Positions 36,103 to 44,275 of a stretch of 54,136 bases of DNA are shown one piece after another. The notes beneath the pieces were generated by a model. It worked only from the letters and a program-made list of their open reading frames with translations, was not told the origin of the DNA and searched no databases. The DNA is from Actinomycetota bacterium. Its GTDB lineage: Bacteria; Actinomycetota; UBA4738; HRBIN12. Where the stretch lies: positions 1 to 54,136 of the forward strand of contig JBIOXZ010000086.1 in assembly GCA_044869895.1 (NCBI GenBank), in the 5' to 3' direction. A program made the position numbers and the translations under genes. Each line of letters starts with the position of its first letter. Position 1 is the first letter of the stretch.

Positions 36103-36885
36103 GTGGATGCAGACAGGCTCGAGGACCAGGTCGACGCGCTCGACGAGCGCCGGGCGTTCGTCGACGGCGCTCGCCTGCGGGCCGTCGAGGTGACGGGAAG
36201 CGACGCCGGCCGGTGGTTGAACGATCTGGTGACGGCGTCGGTGGAGGACATCCCCCCAGGTGGCACCGCCCGCTCACTCCTCCTCACACCCACCGGCCGT
36301 GTGCGAGCCGATTTCCACATCGTTCGAACCGACGGTGCGTTCCTCCTCGTCCAGGAGCCGGACCAACCCGCCGGCATCGACGACCTGCTCCGGCCGTACG
36401 TGCTGTCATCCGATGTGGCCGTGCAACGCGTCGCCGGCACTCCCATCGTCCTCCTGCCCTCGGATCGCGGATGGAGGGTGACACGCGCCGCCGGCGACGG
36501 TGCCGTGGAGGCGAGCCCGGAGGCCGGCGAGGTTTGGCGGATCCGGCGAGGGGTGCCCCGGTTCCCCTCGGACCTCGACGAGGAATCGCTTCCCGCCGAA
36601 GCCGGGTTGGAGTACCTCATCGACTTCACCAAGGGATGCTTCCTGGGCCAGGAGGCGGTGGCCAAGGTCCGGAACCTGGGTCACCCACCACGGGTCGTCC
36701 TGGCCCTCCGGGCCGCCGTCCCCGTTGGGTCCGGTGAACCGGTCGTCGCCGATGGCCGGGATGTCGGCGCGGTCTCGAGCGTGGCGCCGCCCCGCGACGG
36801 GTTCGCCCTGCTCGCGCGGGTCCGGTGGGATGCGAGGACGCGTCCGCTGACCACGGCCTCGGGTGCCCAGCTCACGCCGGTGTGA
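36103..36885 (+). CDS. ygfZ: YgfZ/GcvT-like folate-binding protein
   Basis: The sequence reads V.GSDA..WLNDL......LLL.P.G......W...R...G.P.......P.EAGL....I.F, with the YgfZ signature TKGCFLGQE. GTG 36103 is the first start outside the divergent GT4 gene. Confidence 0.7.
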   Translation: MDADRLEDQVDALDERRAFVDGARLRAVEVTGSDAGRWLNDLVTASVEDIPPGGTARSLLLTPTGRVRADFHIVRTDGAFLLVQEPDQPAGIDDLLRPYVLSSDVAVQRVAGTPIVLLPSDRGWRVTRAAGDGAVEASPEAGEVWRIRRGVPRFPSDLDEESLPAEAGLEYLIDFTKGCFLGQEAVAKVRNLGHPPRVVLALRAAVPVGSGEPVVADGRDVGAVSSVAPPRDGFALLARVRWDARTRPLTTASGAQLTPV

Positions 36886-36893
36886 GCTCGTTC

Positions 36894-36926
36894 CGGCCGC
36901 CCGTTACTACGGCGGTCGCGACTTTT
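36894..36926 (+). terminator. candidate intrinsic terminator after ygfZ
   Basis: An 8-bp stem forms between CGGCCGCC (36894-36901) and GGCGGTCG (36911-36918, one G-U pair), with a 9-nt loop. It is followed by cgaCTTTTc. Confidence 0.35.
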
Positions 36927-37030
36927 CAAGACTACATTTGGCCCTCGGCCGCGGACGAGAATGGGTGTCGCATGCTCGAACGGCCGCCCGGCCGCTGGTC
37001 AGACTCGATTTGGACCTCGGGGGGGATCGA

Positions 37031-37312
37031 GTGGTGAGCAAGGAGCGCACGAGCGGCATCGACCTCCAGACACTTCCTCGAAACCCTTCACCGCCGGACA
37101 TGTGGCAGGACAAGGCGGCCTGCCATGGCCTGGACCCCGACGTGTTCTTCCCCACCTCCGAGGAGGAGGCGGGGCCGGCGCTCGCCTACTGCTCGGGCTG
37201 CGGCATCCGGGAGATGTGCCTGGCCTGGGCGCTGAAGAACGGCGAACGCTACGGGGTGTGGGGCGGCCTGACGGAGCAGCAACGCCGCCGTCTGGTCCGG
37301 TTCGTGGCCTGA
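37031..37312 (+). CDS. whiB: WhiB-family [4Fe-4S] transcriptional regulator
   Basis: The sequence reads W.DKAAC.G.DPDVFFP...YCSGCGIREMCL.WAL.NGERYGVWGGLTE..RRRL. The GTG at 37031 follows GGGGGA. An alternative WhiB1-like start is MWQDKAAC at 37100. Confidence 0.8.
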   Translation: MVSKERTSGIDLQTLPRNPSPPDMWQDKAACHGLDPDVFFPTSEEEAGPALAYCSGCGIREMCLAWALKNGERYGVWGGLTEQQRRRLVRFVA

Positions 37313-37360
37313 GCATCCCGGCTGGTCACCTCGGGGCCGGGCCGCCCATACTGGCTGGCC

Positions 37361-38404
37361 ATGAGCGAAGTCACGGTGAGAGCGGCGGCGCCGCTTCGCA
37401 TCAGCTTCGTCGGGGGTGGAACCGACTTCCCCCACTGGTATGAGCCACACGGGGGAGCGGTCCTTTCCGCGACGATCGATCATCACGCCGAGGCCACGCT
37501 TCGGCCCAGGGACGACGATCGCATCCGGATCCGATCCCTCGATCTGCACCAGGTGGTCCAATACCCCCTGCACGAGTCGCCCGAGTACGACGGTGTGATG
37601 GACCTGCCGAAGGCGGCCATCGACCGGGTCGGCGTTCACCGGGGGGTCGACGTCGAGGTGCGCTGCGATGCGCCGCCAGGAAGCGGCCTCGGCGGCTCCT
37701 CGGCGGTGGTCACCGCGATGGCCGGCGCGCTCGCCGCCTTCGCCGGTCGTTCGTTCACCGCGGACGAGCTGGCTCGGACGAGCTATGCGATCGAACGTGA
37801 GGACCTGGGGATCGCCGGAGGCTGGCAGGACCAGTACGCCGCGGCCTACGGCGGGTTCAACCTCCTCGAGTTCTCCGCGCGGCGGGTCGATGTCATCCCG
37901 GTTCGCGCGGAGCCCGAGGTGCTCCGACGGCTGCAGGCGAACCTGCTCCTCTGCTACACGGGGCAGGTCCGGGCGAACCTCGGGCTCATCGATACCCAGA
38001 TCCGGCTGTTCCGGGAGGGGCGCGAGGAGACGATGCAGGGGATGAAGCAGCTCCAGGCGATGGCCTACGAGATGCGGGATGCCCTGGAGTCAGGGGACCT
38101 GGACAGCCTGGGCGAGATGCTCCACGGGGCGTACGAGAGCAAGAAGCGGATGAATCCACACATCGCTGAAGGCACGAGGATCGAGCGCCTGTTCGACGCG
38201 GCCACGAAGGCCGGAGCGACCGGCGGAAAGATCTGCGGGGCCGGCGGTGGCGGATACCTCCTCCTGTATTGCCGGCAAGACCGCCAACCCGAGGTCCGGG
38301 CCGCGCTCGAAAGCCTGGGAGGCAGGCTGGCCTCGTTCGCCTTCACGACAACCGGGATCGAGGCTCAGGTGGCGAATGTGGTGTGGAGGCCCGCGCGCCG
38401 ATGA
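37361..38404 (+). CDS. hddA: GHMP-family D-glycero-alpha-D-manno-heptose-7-phosphate kinase
   Basis: The sequence reads APLRISF.GGGTD.P.....GG.VL.ATI, with GHMP motif PPGSGLGGSSA and GWQDQY.AA.GG. It is operonic with gmhB and gmhA. Confidence 0.75.
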   Translation: MSEVTVRAAAPLRISFVGGGTDFPHWYEPHGGAVLSATIDHHAEATLRPRDDDRIRIRSLDLHQVVQYPLHESPEYDGVMDLPKAAIDRVGVHRGVDVEVRCDAPPGSGLGGSSAVVTAMAGALAAFAGRSFTADELARTSYAIEREDLGIAGGWQDQYAAAYGGFNLLEFSARRVDVIPVRAEPEVLRRLQANLLLCYTGQVRANLGLIDTQIRLFREGREETMQGMKQLQAMAYEMRDALESGDLDSLGEMLHGAYESKKRMNPHIAEGTRIERLFDAATKAGATGGKICGAGGGGYLLLYCRQDRQPEVRAALESLGGRLASFAFTTTGIEAQVANVVWRPARR

Positions 38405-38961
38405 CCCGACGGTTCGTGCTGCTCGACCGGGACGGGACGATCAACCAGGAAGTCGACCACCTCGACCGGCCCCACCAGGTCGCACTCATCCCCGGAGCCG
38501 CGGCGGCGCTACGACAGCTCAGGTCGGCCGGCCTCGGGCTCGTCGTCCTCACCAACCAGGCGAACGTCGGACGTGGACTCCTCCCGACCGACCGGCTGGA
38601 GGAGATCGATACCCGACTGACGGAGCTCCTCTCCGACGAGGACGCGAGCCTCGACGGGCTCTACGTCTGCCCGCACGCACCGGAGGACGGGTGCGATTGC
38701 CGCAAGCCGAGGGCGGGGCTGGCCCTCCGCGCCGCGACGGACCACGGGTTCCGGCCGGACGACTCGTTCGTCGTCGGTGACCACGCCGCAGACATGGGAC
38801 TTGGCCGCACGATCGGGGCCGTCACGATCCTGGTCCGAACTGGCCACGGGGAGGACGAGCTGAAGACGGGGGCGGGTGCCCAGGCGGACCACGTCGTGGC
38901 CGACCTCCGGGAGGCGGCCGGCGTGATCCTCGACAGCGTCGTATCTGGGGTCCGTCCGTGA
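38401..38961 (+). CDS. gmhB: D,D-heptose 1,7-bisphosphate phosphatase (HAD-IIIA)
   Basis: The sequence reads LLDRDGTIN, LTNQ, the CPH.P...C.CRKP zinc motif and VGD. The start overlaps the hddA stop as ATGA. Confidence 0.8.
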   Translation: MTRRFVLLDRDGTINQEVDHLDRPHQVALIPGAAAALRQLRSAGLGLVVLTNQANVGRGLLPTDRLEEIDTRLTELLSDEDASLDGLYVCPHAPEDGCDCRKPRAGLALRAATDHGFRPDDSFVVGDHAADMGLGRTIGAVTILVRTGHGEDELKTGAGAQADHVVADLREAAGVILDSVVSGVRP

Positions 38962-39545
38962 CCGTCGCCGATCGCATCGCCGGATATCTGGGGGAAACCA
39001 TGGACACCGTTTCGGCGACAGCCGAGAGCTGCTCCCAGGAGATCGCCCGGGCCGCCGCCACCATCGCCGAGTGCGTTCGAGGTGGTGGCAAGGTCCTGAT
39101 CTGCGGGAACGGCGGAAGCGCCGCCGACAGCCAGCACCTGGCGTGCGAGCTGGTCAGCACCCTGACCGTGGACCGGCGGCGCCCGGCCATCCCGGCCCTG
39201 GCGCTCACGACCGACACCTCGATCCTCACCGCGGTGTCCAATGACTTCGGTTTCGAGGGCGTCTTCGCCCGACAGGTGGAAGCCCTGGGAGTGGCCGGCG
39301 ACGTGCTGATCGGGATCTCGACGAGCGGGAACTCCGAGGACGTCGTCCTGGCAACGGAGCAGGCGGCGCGGCAGGGGATGCGGACCGTTGCGCTGACCGG
39401 GGAGTCCGGCGGGAAGCTCGGGCCGCTCGCCGACGTCGCGATCCGGGTCCCGAGCTCGAAGACCTCGCATGTTCAGGAGGCCCATCTCGCCGTTGAGCAG
39501 CTCATCGCCTTCCTGGTCGAGGACGACCTCTACCCGCGCCGCTGA
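38958..39545 (+). CDS. gmhA: phosphoheptose isomerase (SIS domain)
   Basis: The sequence reads ICGNGGSAADSQH.A.EL...L.TD.S.LTA..ND.....F.RQ......GDVL.GISTSGNS..V. The start overlaps the gmhB stop as GTGA. Confidence 0.8.
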   Translation: MTVADRIAGYLGETMDTVSATAESCSQEIARAAATIAECVRGGGKVLICGNGGSAADSQHLACELVSTLTVDRRRPAIPALALTTDTSILTAVSNDFGFEGVFARQVEALGVAGDVLIGISTSGNSEDVVLATEQAARQGMRTVALTGESGGKLGPLADVAIRVPSSKTSHVQEAHLAVEQLIAFLVEDDLYPRR

Positions 39546-39584
39546 TTGTCGGACCTGCCCCCCACCTTCACATCCGGGCGAGGC

Positions 39585-39613
39585 TTGACCATCGAACACC
39601 TGTTCGGTATCGT
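39585..39613 (+). promoter_or_regulatory. candidate sigma-A-type promoter for the exonuclease gene
   Basis: TTGACC (39585-39590), a 17-nt spacer, then TATCGT (39608-39613). GGAGG at 39634-39638 lies 7 nt before the GTG at 39646. Confidence 0.35.
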
Positions 39614-39645
39614 CGGGTGCCCGCGGCCCCGGCGGAGGCCGACCC

Positions 39646-41277
39646 GTGCTGGCCCAACCGGTTCAAACGACCTTGCAGGAGGGGATCCCTCTCCGTGAGG
39701 TGACCTTCTGCATCGTCGACCTGGAGACGACCGGGGGGTCCCCGGCCGACTCCCGGATCACCGAGATCGGAGCGGTGAAGTACCGGGGTGGTGAGCGGAT
39801 CGGGGTGTTCGAGACGCTCGTGGCCCCCGGGACGACGATCCCCAGGTTCATCACCCACCTCACCGGCATCGACGACGCCATCGTCCGAGACGCACCGACC
39901 CTGGAATGGGCGCTCCCGGGGTTCGTCGAGTTCGCCCGGGGGTGCGTGTTCGTGGCGCACAACGCCCAGTTCGACTTCACGTTCCTGAACGCGAGCCTGG
40001 TTCGGCTGGACTACGAACCGCTTCCACCGCCTCCCGTGTGCACCGCACGGCTGGCTCGCCGCGTCGTGTGGCCCGACGTGCCGAACGTGCGGCTCCATAC
40101 GCTCGCGGAGTACTTCCGGACGAGGGCGCGTCCAACGCACCGGGCCCTTCCCGACGCCGAGGCGTGCGCCGAGGTGTTCCAGGGCCTCCTCGACCTCGGA
40201 AGGCGGCTTGGGATCCTGACTCTCGGCGACCTCCACGAGGCCGTGACGGCAAGGGGACGTCCGAACTTCGGCAAGATCCGGGTGGCCGACCACCTCCCAC
40301 GGGGACCCGGTGTCTACCTGTTCAAGGGCCGCGACGGGCGGGTGCTCTACGTGGGCAAATCCAAGGACATCCGCGGCCGGGTTAAGAGTTACTTCTATGG
40401 TGACTCCCGCAAGCAGGTCCAGGATCTCCTCACCGAGACCGCTGCGGTGGAGGGGGTCCGGTGCGCCTCCGAGCTCGAGGCGCTGGTACTCGAAGCCCGG
40501 CTGATCCGGTCCCACCGGCCCAAGCACAACCGGAGGGGCAAGCGGTGGCGACGGTACGTGTATTTGAAGGTCGATACGTCCGAGGCCTTCCCCCGCCTCA
40601 AGGTGGTCCGCGAGGCGAAGGGGGAAGGCGCGTTCCTCGGACCCTTCGGCACGACCGAGCAGGCCCGGCTGGCCAAGGAGGCGCTGGAGGAGGCGTTCCC
40701 CATCCGCCGATGCACGAAGAGGATGCGGGCCTCCACCAGGTTCTCGCCGTGTGCGCTCGGCGAGATGGGTCGCTGTGTGGCCCCCTGCGACGGCCGCGCG
40801 AGCCTCGAGCACTACGGAGAGCTCGTCCGGAGCCTCCTCTCCTCCCTTTCGTCTCCGGGCGGGCTCCTCGAAGTGCTCGAGGTACGGATGGACGATCTCG
40901 CTGGACAGGAACGGTTCGAGGAGGCGGCGCTTGCCCGCGACCGGCTGCGTGCGCTCGCCGACGCGCTGGCGCGGGCTCGCGTGGACGAGTGGCTGCTCCG
41001 GCCGGGCCGGCTCGACCTCCGCGACGCCGACGCCAACCGGCTCCCGCTGGCCGGCGGCGCGCTGGTGCGAGGCGGCGACGTGCTGCCGATCTCGCGGCCG
41101 TGCCCCAGGGAGCGCGCCGACGAGCTCGCCGCGGTCCGATCGTGGCTGCTCCACAATCCCGCCCGGGTGGAGCGGGCCGACCGTCCGCCCGCGGAGCCGG
41201 TGGAGGGCGGCGCCGCCCTCCACCGGCTCCTCACCCGACTGCGCTCCGCGGACCGAACTGGCGAGGGCGCCCACTAG
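39646..41277 (+). CDS. DEDDh 3'-5' exonuclease (DnaQ/epsilon-like) fused to a GIY-YIG/UVR (Cho/UvrC-N-like) nuclease domain
   Basis: The Exo motifs are FCIVDLETTG, HNAQFDF.FL and H.AL.DA. The GIY-YIG region is GVYLFKG.DGRVLYVGKS.D.R.RV.SY...R...E. The UVR-like segment is ERFEEAALARDRLRAL. The architecture matches the M. tuberculosis Rv2191 type. Confidence 0.8.
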   Translation: MLAQPVQTTLQEGIPLREVTFCIVDLETTGGSPADSRITEIGAVKYRGGERIGVFETLVAPGTTIPRFITHLTGIDDAIVRDAPTLEWALPGFVEFARGCVFVAHNAQFDFTFLNASLVRLDYEPLPPPPVCTARLARRVVWPDVPNVRLHTLAEYFRTRARPTHRALPDAEACAEVFQGLLDLGRRLGILTLGDLHEAVTARGRPNFGKIRVADHLPRGPGVYLFKGRDGRVLYVGKSKDIRGRVKSYFYGDSRKQVQDLLTETAAVEGVRCASELEALVLEARLIRSHRPKHNRRGKRWRRYVYLKVDTSEAFPRLKVVREAKGEGAFLGPFGTTEQARLAKEALEEAFPIRRCTKRMRASTRFSPCALGEMGRCVAPCDGRASLEHYGELVRSLLSSLSSPGGLLEVLEVRMDDLAGQERFEEAALARDRLRALADALARARVDEWLLRPGRLDLRDADANRLPLAGGALVRGGDVLPISRPCPRERADELAAVRSWLLHNPARVERADRPPAEPVEGGAALHRLLTRLRSADRTGEGAH

Positions 41278-41280
41278 ACT

Positions 41281-42465
41281 GTGCTCGTGGAGGCCGCGGT
41301 CATCCTGGAGGGCGCGCGAACGCCCATCGGTAGGTTCCTCGGCGCGTTCTCAGAGGTCTCGGCCGTCGAGCTCGGCACGCTCGCGGCGCAAGAAGCGATG
41401 CGCCGGGCCGGGGTCGAGCCCGAGCAGGTCGACCAGACGATCATGGGCCACGCTCGCCAGGCGGGCAACGGGCCGAACACCGGACGCCAGGTCTCGGTGC
41501 GAGCCGGTGTGCCGAAGGAGGTCTCTGCCTACAACGTCAACATCGCCTGCGGGTCGGGGATGAAGGCCGTCCAGCTGGCGGCCCAGCAGATCGCGCTGGG
41601 CGATGCGGAGGTGGTCCTGGCAGGGGGCATGGAGAACATGACCCGTGTCCCGTACCTCCTCGACCGGATGCGGACCGGTTACAGGGCGGGGGACGCGACG
41701 GCCTACGACGCGATGTACCGGGACGGCCTCCTGGACCCGCTGTGCGGGCTCATCATGGGCGAGACCGCGGAGAACCTCGTCGACCTGTACGACATCTCGC
41801 GGGGGGAGCAGGACGAGTTCGCCGTGGAGTCGCAGCAGAAGGCCGAGGCGGCGAAGGATCGGCGCGTGGCCGAGACATTCCCCGTGCAGACCCCCGACCC
41901 CAAGCGCTCGGGCACGATCACGGTGGGAGAGGACGAGCATCCGCGCCCCGAGACCACGCTCGAACGACTCGCGGCGTTGCCACCGGTCTTCCGGGAGAAC
42001 GGGAGCGTGACCGCGGGCAACTCCTCCGGGATCACGGACGGCGCGGCTGCTCTGGTGGTGATGTCCGCGTCGCGAGCCGCCGCCGAAGGCCGTCAGCCCC
42101 TCGCGCGGATCGCCGGGATGTCGTGGGCCGGCGTGGACCCGGCGGCCATGGGCATCGGTCCGGTCCCGGCAACCAAGAAGGTGCTGGAGAAGACGGGCCT
42201 GTCACTCGCCGACATCGACGTGATCGAGATCAACGAGGCGTTCGCCGCGCAGGTCATCGCGTGCGAGCGGGACCTCAAGTTCGACCGCGACAAGCTGAAC
42301 CCGCGGGGCGGCGGCATCTCCCTCGGACACCCCATCGGGATGAGCGGGGCTCGCCTCCTCCTCACCCTCGCGTACGAGATGCGCGAGATGGGCCACGCGC
42401 TCGGCCTGGCCACGCTATGCATCTCGGGCGGCCAGGGCCTGGCCGTGATCCTGGAGCGCGGGTGA
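41281..42465 (+). CDS. acetyl-CoA C-acetyltransferase (thiolase II)
   Basis: The sequence reads ARTPIG.F.G...N..CGSGMKAV..AA..I..G......AGG.ENM, then NE.FA.Q, GGAI.LGHP.G.SGAR and CI.GGQG. Confidence 0.85.
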   Translation: MLVEAAVILEGARTPIGRFLGAFSEVSAVELGTLAAQEAMRRAGVEPEQVDQTIMGHARQAGNGPNTGRQVSVRAGVPKEVSAYNVNIACGSGMKAVQLAAQQIALGDAEVVLAGGMENMTRVPYLLDRMRTGYRAGDATAYDAMYRDGLLDPLCGLIMGETAENLVDLYDISRGEQDEFAVESQQKAEAAKDRRVAETFPVQTPDPKRSGTITVGEDEHPRPETTLERLAALPPVFRENGSVTAGNSSGITDGAAALVVMSASRAAAEGRQPLARIAGMSWAGVDPAAMGIGPVPATKKVLEKTGLSLADIDVIEINEAFAAQVIACERDLKFDRDKLNPRGGGISLGHPIGMSGARLLLTLAYEMREMGHALGLATLCISGGQGLAVILERG

Positions 42466-42539
42466 GGCGTAGCGCGCCGAGCGGGTGGGAGACGAACGAG
42501 TGAAGGGCACGGTGCGGGACGGACGGGAAGGGAACTGAG

Positions 42540-42824
42540 ATGGTCCACGCGGTCGTCCTGATCCAGTGCGAGATCGACGAGATCCAGGAGGCCGCCCAGG
42601 CCATCGCCGCCATCGACGGCGTGAGCGAGGTCTATTCCGTGGCCGGGGAGTTCGACCTCGTTGCCGTGGTGCGCGTGGTGAACCACGACGACCTGGCCAA
42701 CGTGATCCCGCAGGGCATCGGCAAGGTCGCGGGGATCGTTCGGACCGAAACCCTCATCGCCTTCCAGGTCTACTCCAAACACGACCTCGAGCGCCTGTTC
42801 TCGATCGGCTTCGACGAGTCCTAG
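42540..42824 (+). CDS. stand-alone Lrp/AsnC-type ligand-binding (RAM) domain protein
   Basis: 94 aa reading MVHAVVLIQ.E......A..IA.I.GV.EVYSV.GE.DL.A.VRV...D.L.....I....GI..T.T.IAF. Confidence 0.65.
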   Translation: MVHAVVLIQCEIDEIQEAAQAIAAIDGVSEVYSVAGEFDLVAVVRVVNHDDLANVIPQGIGKVAGIVRTETLIAFQVYSKHDLERLFSIGFDES

Positions 42825-43177
42825 TCCTCGGGAAGCTCGAAGCCGACGGGGAGGGCGGTCTCCCGCCATTCGTCCAGGTCACCGGTGTAGCGCGGTCGGT
42901 ACTTCTCCATCACGAGCCGACGGGCCAATGCGTCTTCGTCGGTATCTTCGACCACGTAGGCCCGGCAGATCATGTCGCGATCGCCGATCCGAAGGCCGAC
43001 CGTCGGATTGACCCGGATGTTCTTCACCCAGTCACTTGCGTCACCGCCACCGGAGAGCACGTAGACCCTGGAGTCATGGAGGGCGAACCAGATCTCGATC
43101 GTGTGGGGACGGCCTGACGACCTCCCCGTGGTGGTCACGTAGCAGAAGTCGAGCTCGGAGAGCTCTGCCTCCTCCAC
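42821..43177 (-). CDS. PNPOx-fold / deazaflavin-dependent nitroreductase-like (DUF385-type) protein
   Basis: 118 aa reading TTTGRSSGRPHTIEIWF...VYVLSGGGDASDWVKNIRVNPTV.LRIG. The GTG start lies 2 nt after the stop of the upstream mini-ORF. Confidence 0.55.
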   Translation of the reverse strand: MEEAELSELDFCYVTTTGRSSGRPHTIEIWFALHDSRVYVLSGGGDASDWVKNIRVNPTVGLRIGDRDMICRAYVVEDTDEDALARRLVMEKYRPRYTGDLDEWRETALPVGFELPED

Positions 43178-43179
43178 CG

Positions 43180-43287
43180 CTACCGGATGGCCCAGATCAC
43201 CAGCGCGACGATCACCACGATGGCCGCCACCAGCATGACCAGGTCGGCCGCCCTCACCTTCCCGGGCCGCATGGCATTGAACCCCAC
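43180..43287 (-). CDS. 35-aa single-pass membrane mini-protein
   Basis: The GTG at 43287 lies 5 nt after GGAGG and opens (M)GFNAMRPGKVRAADLVMLVAAIVVIVALVIWAIR. It is wedged between two stops with 1-2 nt gaps. An alternative ATG is at 43272. Confidence 0.4.
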   Translation of the reverse strand: MGFNAMRPGKVRAADLVMLVAAIVVIVALVIWAIR

Positions 43288-43288
43288 G

Positions 43289-43564
43289 TCAGCCTCCCCC
43301 TGCGGGACCAGGCAGCCGGTAGTACTCGCGGAACTTGGCCTCAGACAGCCAGTACGCGTGTTGACGGACCGTGGAGGCGTACGTTCGGGCCTCCGTCTCG
43401 TCGCTGCATGCACGGGTCGAGACCTCGCGGCCGGAAGGATCCACGATCACGACGACCAGACCCGCTTCCTCCCGGCGTACGTCGACGCGGTAGCCGTTCG
43501 GTTCCGGGGCGTCCGCAGCGCCGCTACGTTCCGTGGGTGCGCTCCAGCCGCTCGAGGTGCTCAC
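43289..43564 (-). CDS. hypothetical small protein (about 91 aa; start uncertain)
   Basis: The C-terminal 70 aa look protein-like: GYRVDVRREEAGLVVVIVDPSGREVSTRACSDETEARTYASTVRQHAYWLSEAKFREYYRL. The only canonical in-frame start upstream of this segment is GTG 43564 (41-nt overlap with the previous gene). GTG 43450 would remove the first beta-hairpin-like segment. Confidence 0.4.
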   Translation of the reverse strand: MSTSSGWSAPTERSGAADAPEPNGYRVDVRREEAGLVVVIVDPSGREVSTRACSDETEARTYASTVRQHAYWLSEAKFREYYRLPGPAGGG

Positions 43565-43805
43565 GGATCCGGCGGATGACCGAGTCGATGTCCAGCACGA
43601 ACTGGGGTTCCATGTCGGCCACCTTCTCCAGCGCGTTCTCCAGGGTGTTGCCGGCGGCCTCGGCGTCCCTGAGCGAATCCACCAGGACCACCGCGTAGTC
43701 GGCCTGGAAGGGCTTCCCGTCCCAAGGGCAACGGCCGCCGTTCTCGATGACCTGCTCCACGAGGAACTCACGCCCGTCCCGCCTGCACGTCCCCTTGATC
43801 TTCAC
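43524..43805 (-). CDS. hypothetical 93-aa protein
   Basis: The GTG overlaps the receiver-gene stop (GTGA) and opens (M)KIKGTCRRDGREFLVEQVIENGGRCPWDGKPFQADYAVVLVDSLRDAEAAGNTLENALEKVADMEPQFVLDIDSVIRRIREHLERLERTHGT. I recognise no family. Confidence 0.5.
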   Translation of the reverse strand: MKIKGTCRRDGREFLVEQVIENGGRCPWDGKPFQADYAVVLVDSLRDAEAAGNTLENALEKVADMEPQFVLDIDSVIRRIREHLERLERTHGT

Positions 43806-44197
43806 GCGCGCTCCTTCGCCATCACGAGCTCGAGCACGCGGTCGGCGAGCTCGAACGGGTCGAGAGGCCTGACGAACCAGGCGTCGGCCCCCGACCACTT
43901 GGCCAGCCATTCGTCCTGGCGGCGCTCCAGCAGGATCACGATGGCGCCGGGATAGGGCTCGTTCGCTCCCCGCAGGTCCCGAGCAAGGGCGAACGCGCCC
44001 ATCCGGGAAGCGATCTCGTCCGCCACCACGGCGTCCGGGCGTTCCCGCCAGGCCTTCCTTCGCCCGTCCTCGCCGTCCGCCGCCTCCACGAACTCCAGCC
44101 GCTCACCCAAGCGCCGTTCGATGTTCGCAACTGCCAGGCGGGTCATGGTCCTCGAGTCGGGGTCCGGAGAGACGAGCAGGACCTTCACGGGCGGCAT
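43802..44197 (-). CDS. stand-alone response-regulator receiver (CheY-like) domain protein
   Basis: The sequence is MPPVKVLLVSPDPDS...PDAVVADEI...GAIVILLERR...GADAWFVRPLDPFEL, which has the D/D...D...K-type REC layout and no output domain. I trimmed the start to Met88 of the track ORF. Confidence 0.65.
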   Translation of the reverse strand: MPPVKVLLVSPDPDSRTMTRLAVANIERRLGERLEFVEAADGEDGRRKAWRERPDAVVADEIASRMGAFALARDLRGANEPYPGAIVILLERRQDEWLAKWSGADAWFVRPLDPFELADRVLELVMAKERA

Positions 44198-44275
44198 CCT
44201 ACCAAGGGGTCCTGGTGCCTTTGCCCTGTCCCAACGCGTCGGATATCGTCCGGCGGGCCCTGGCGAGGAGGAGCG

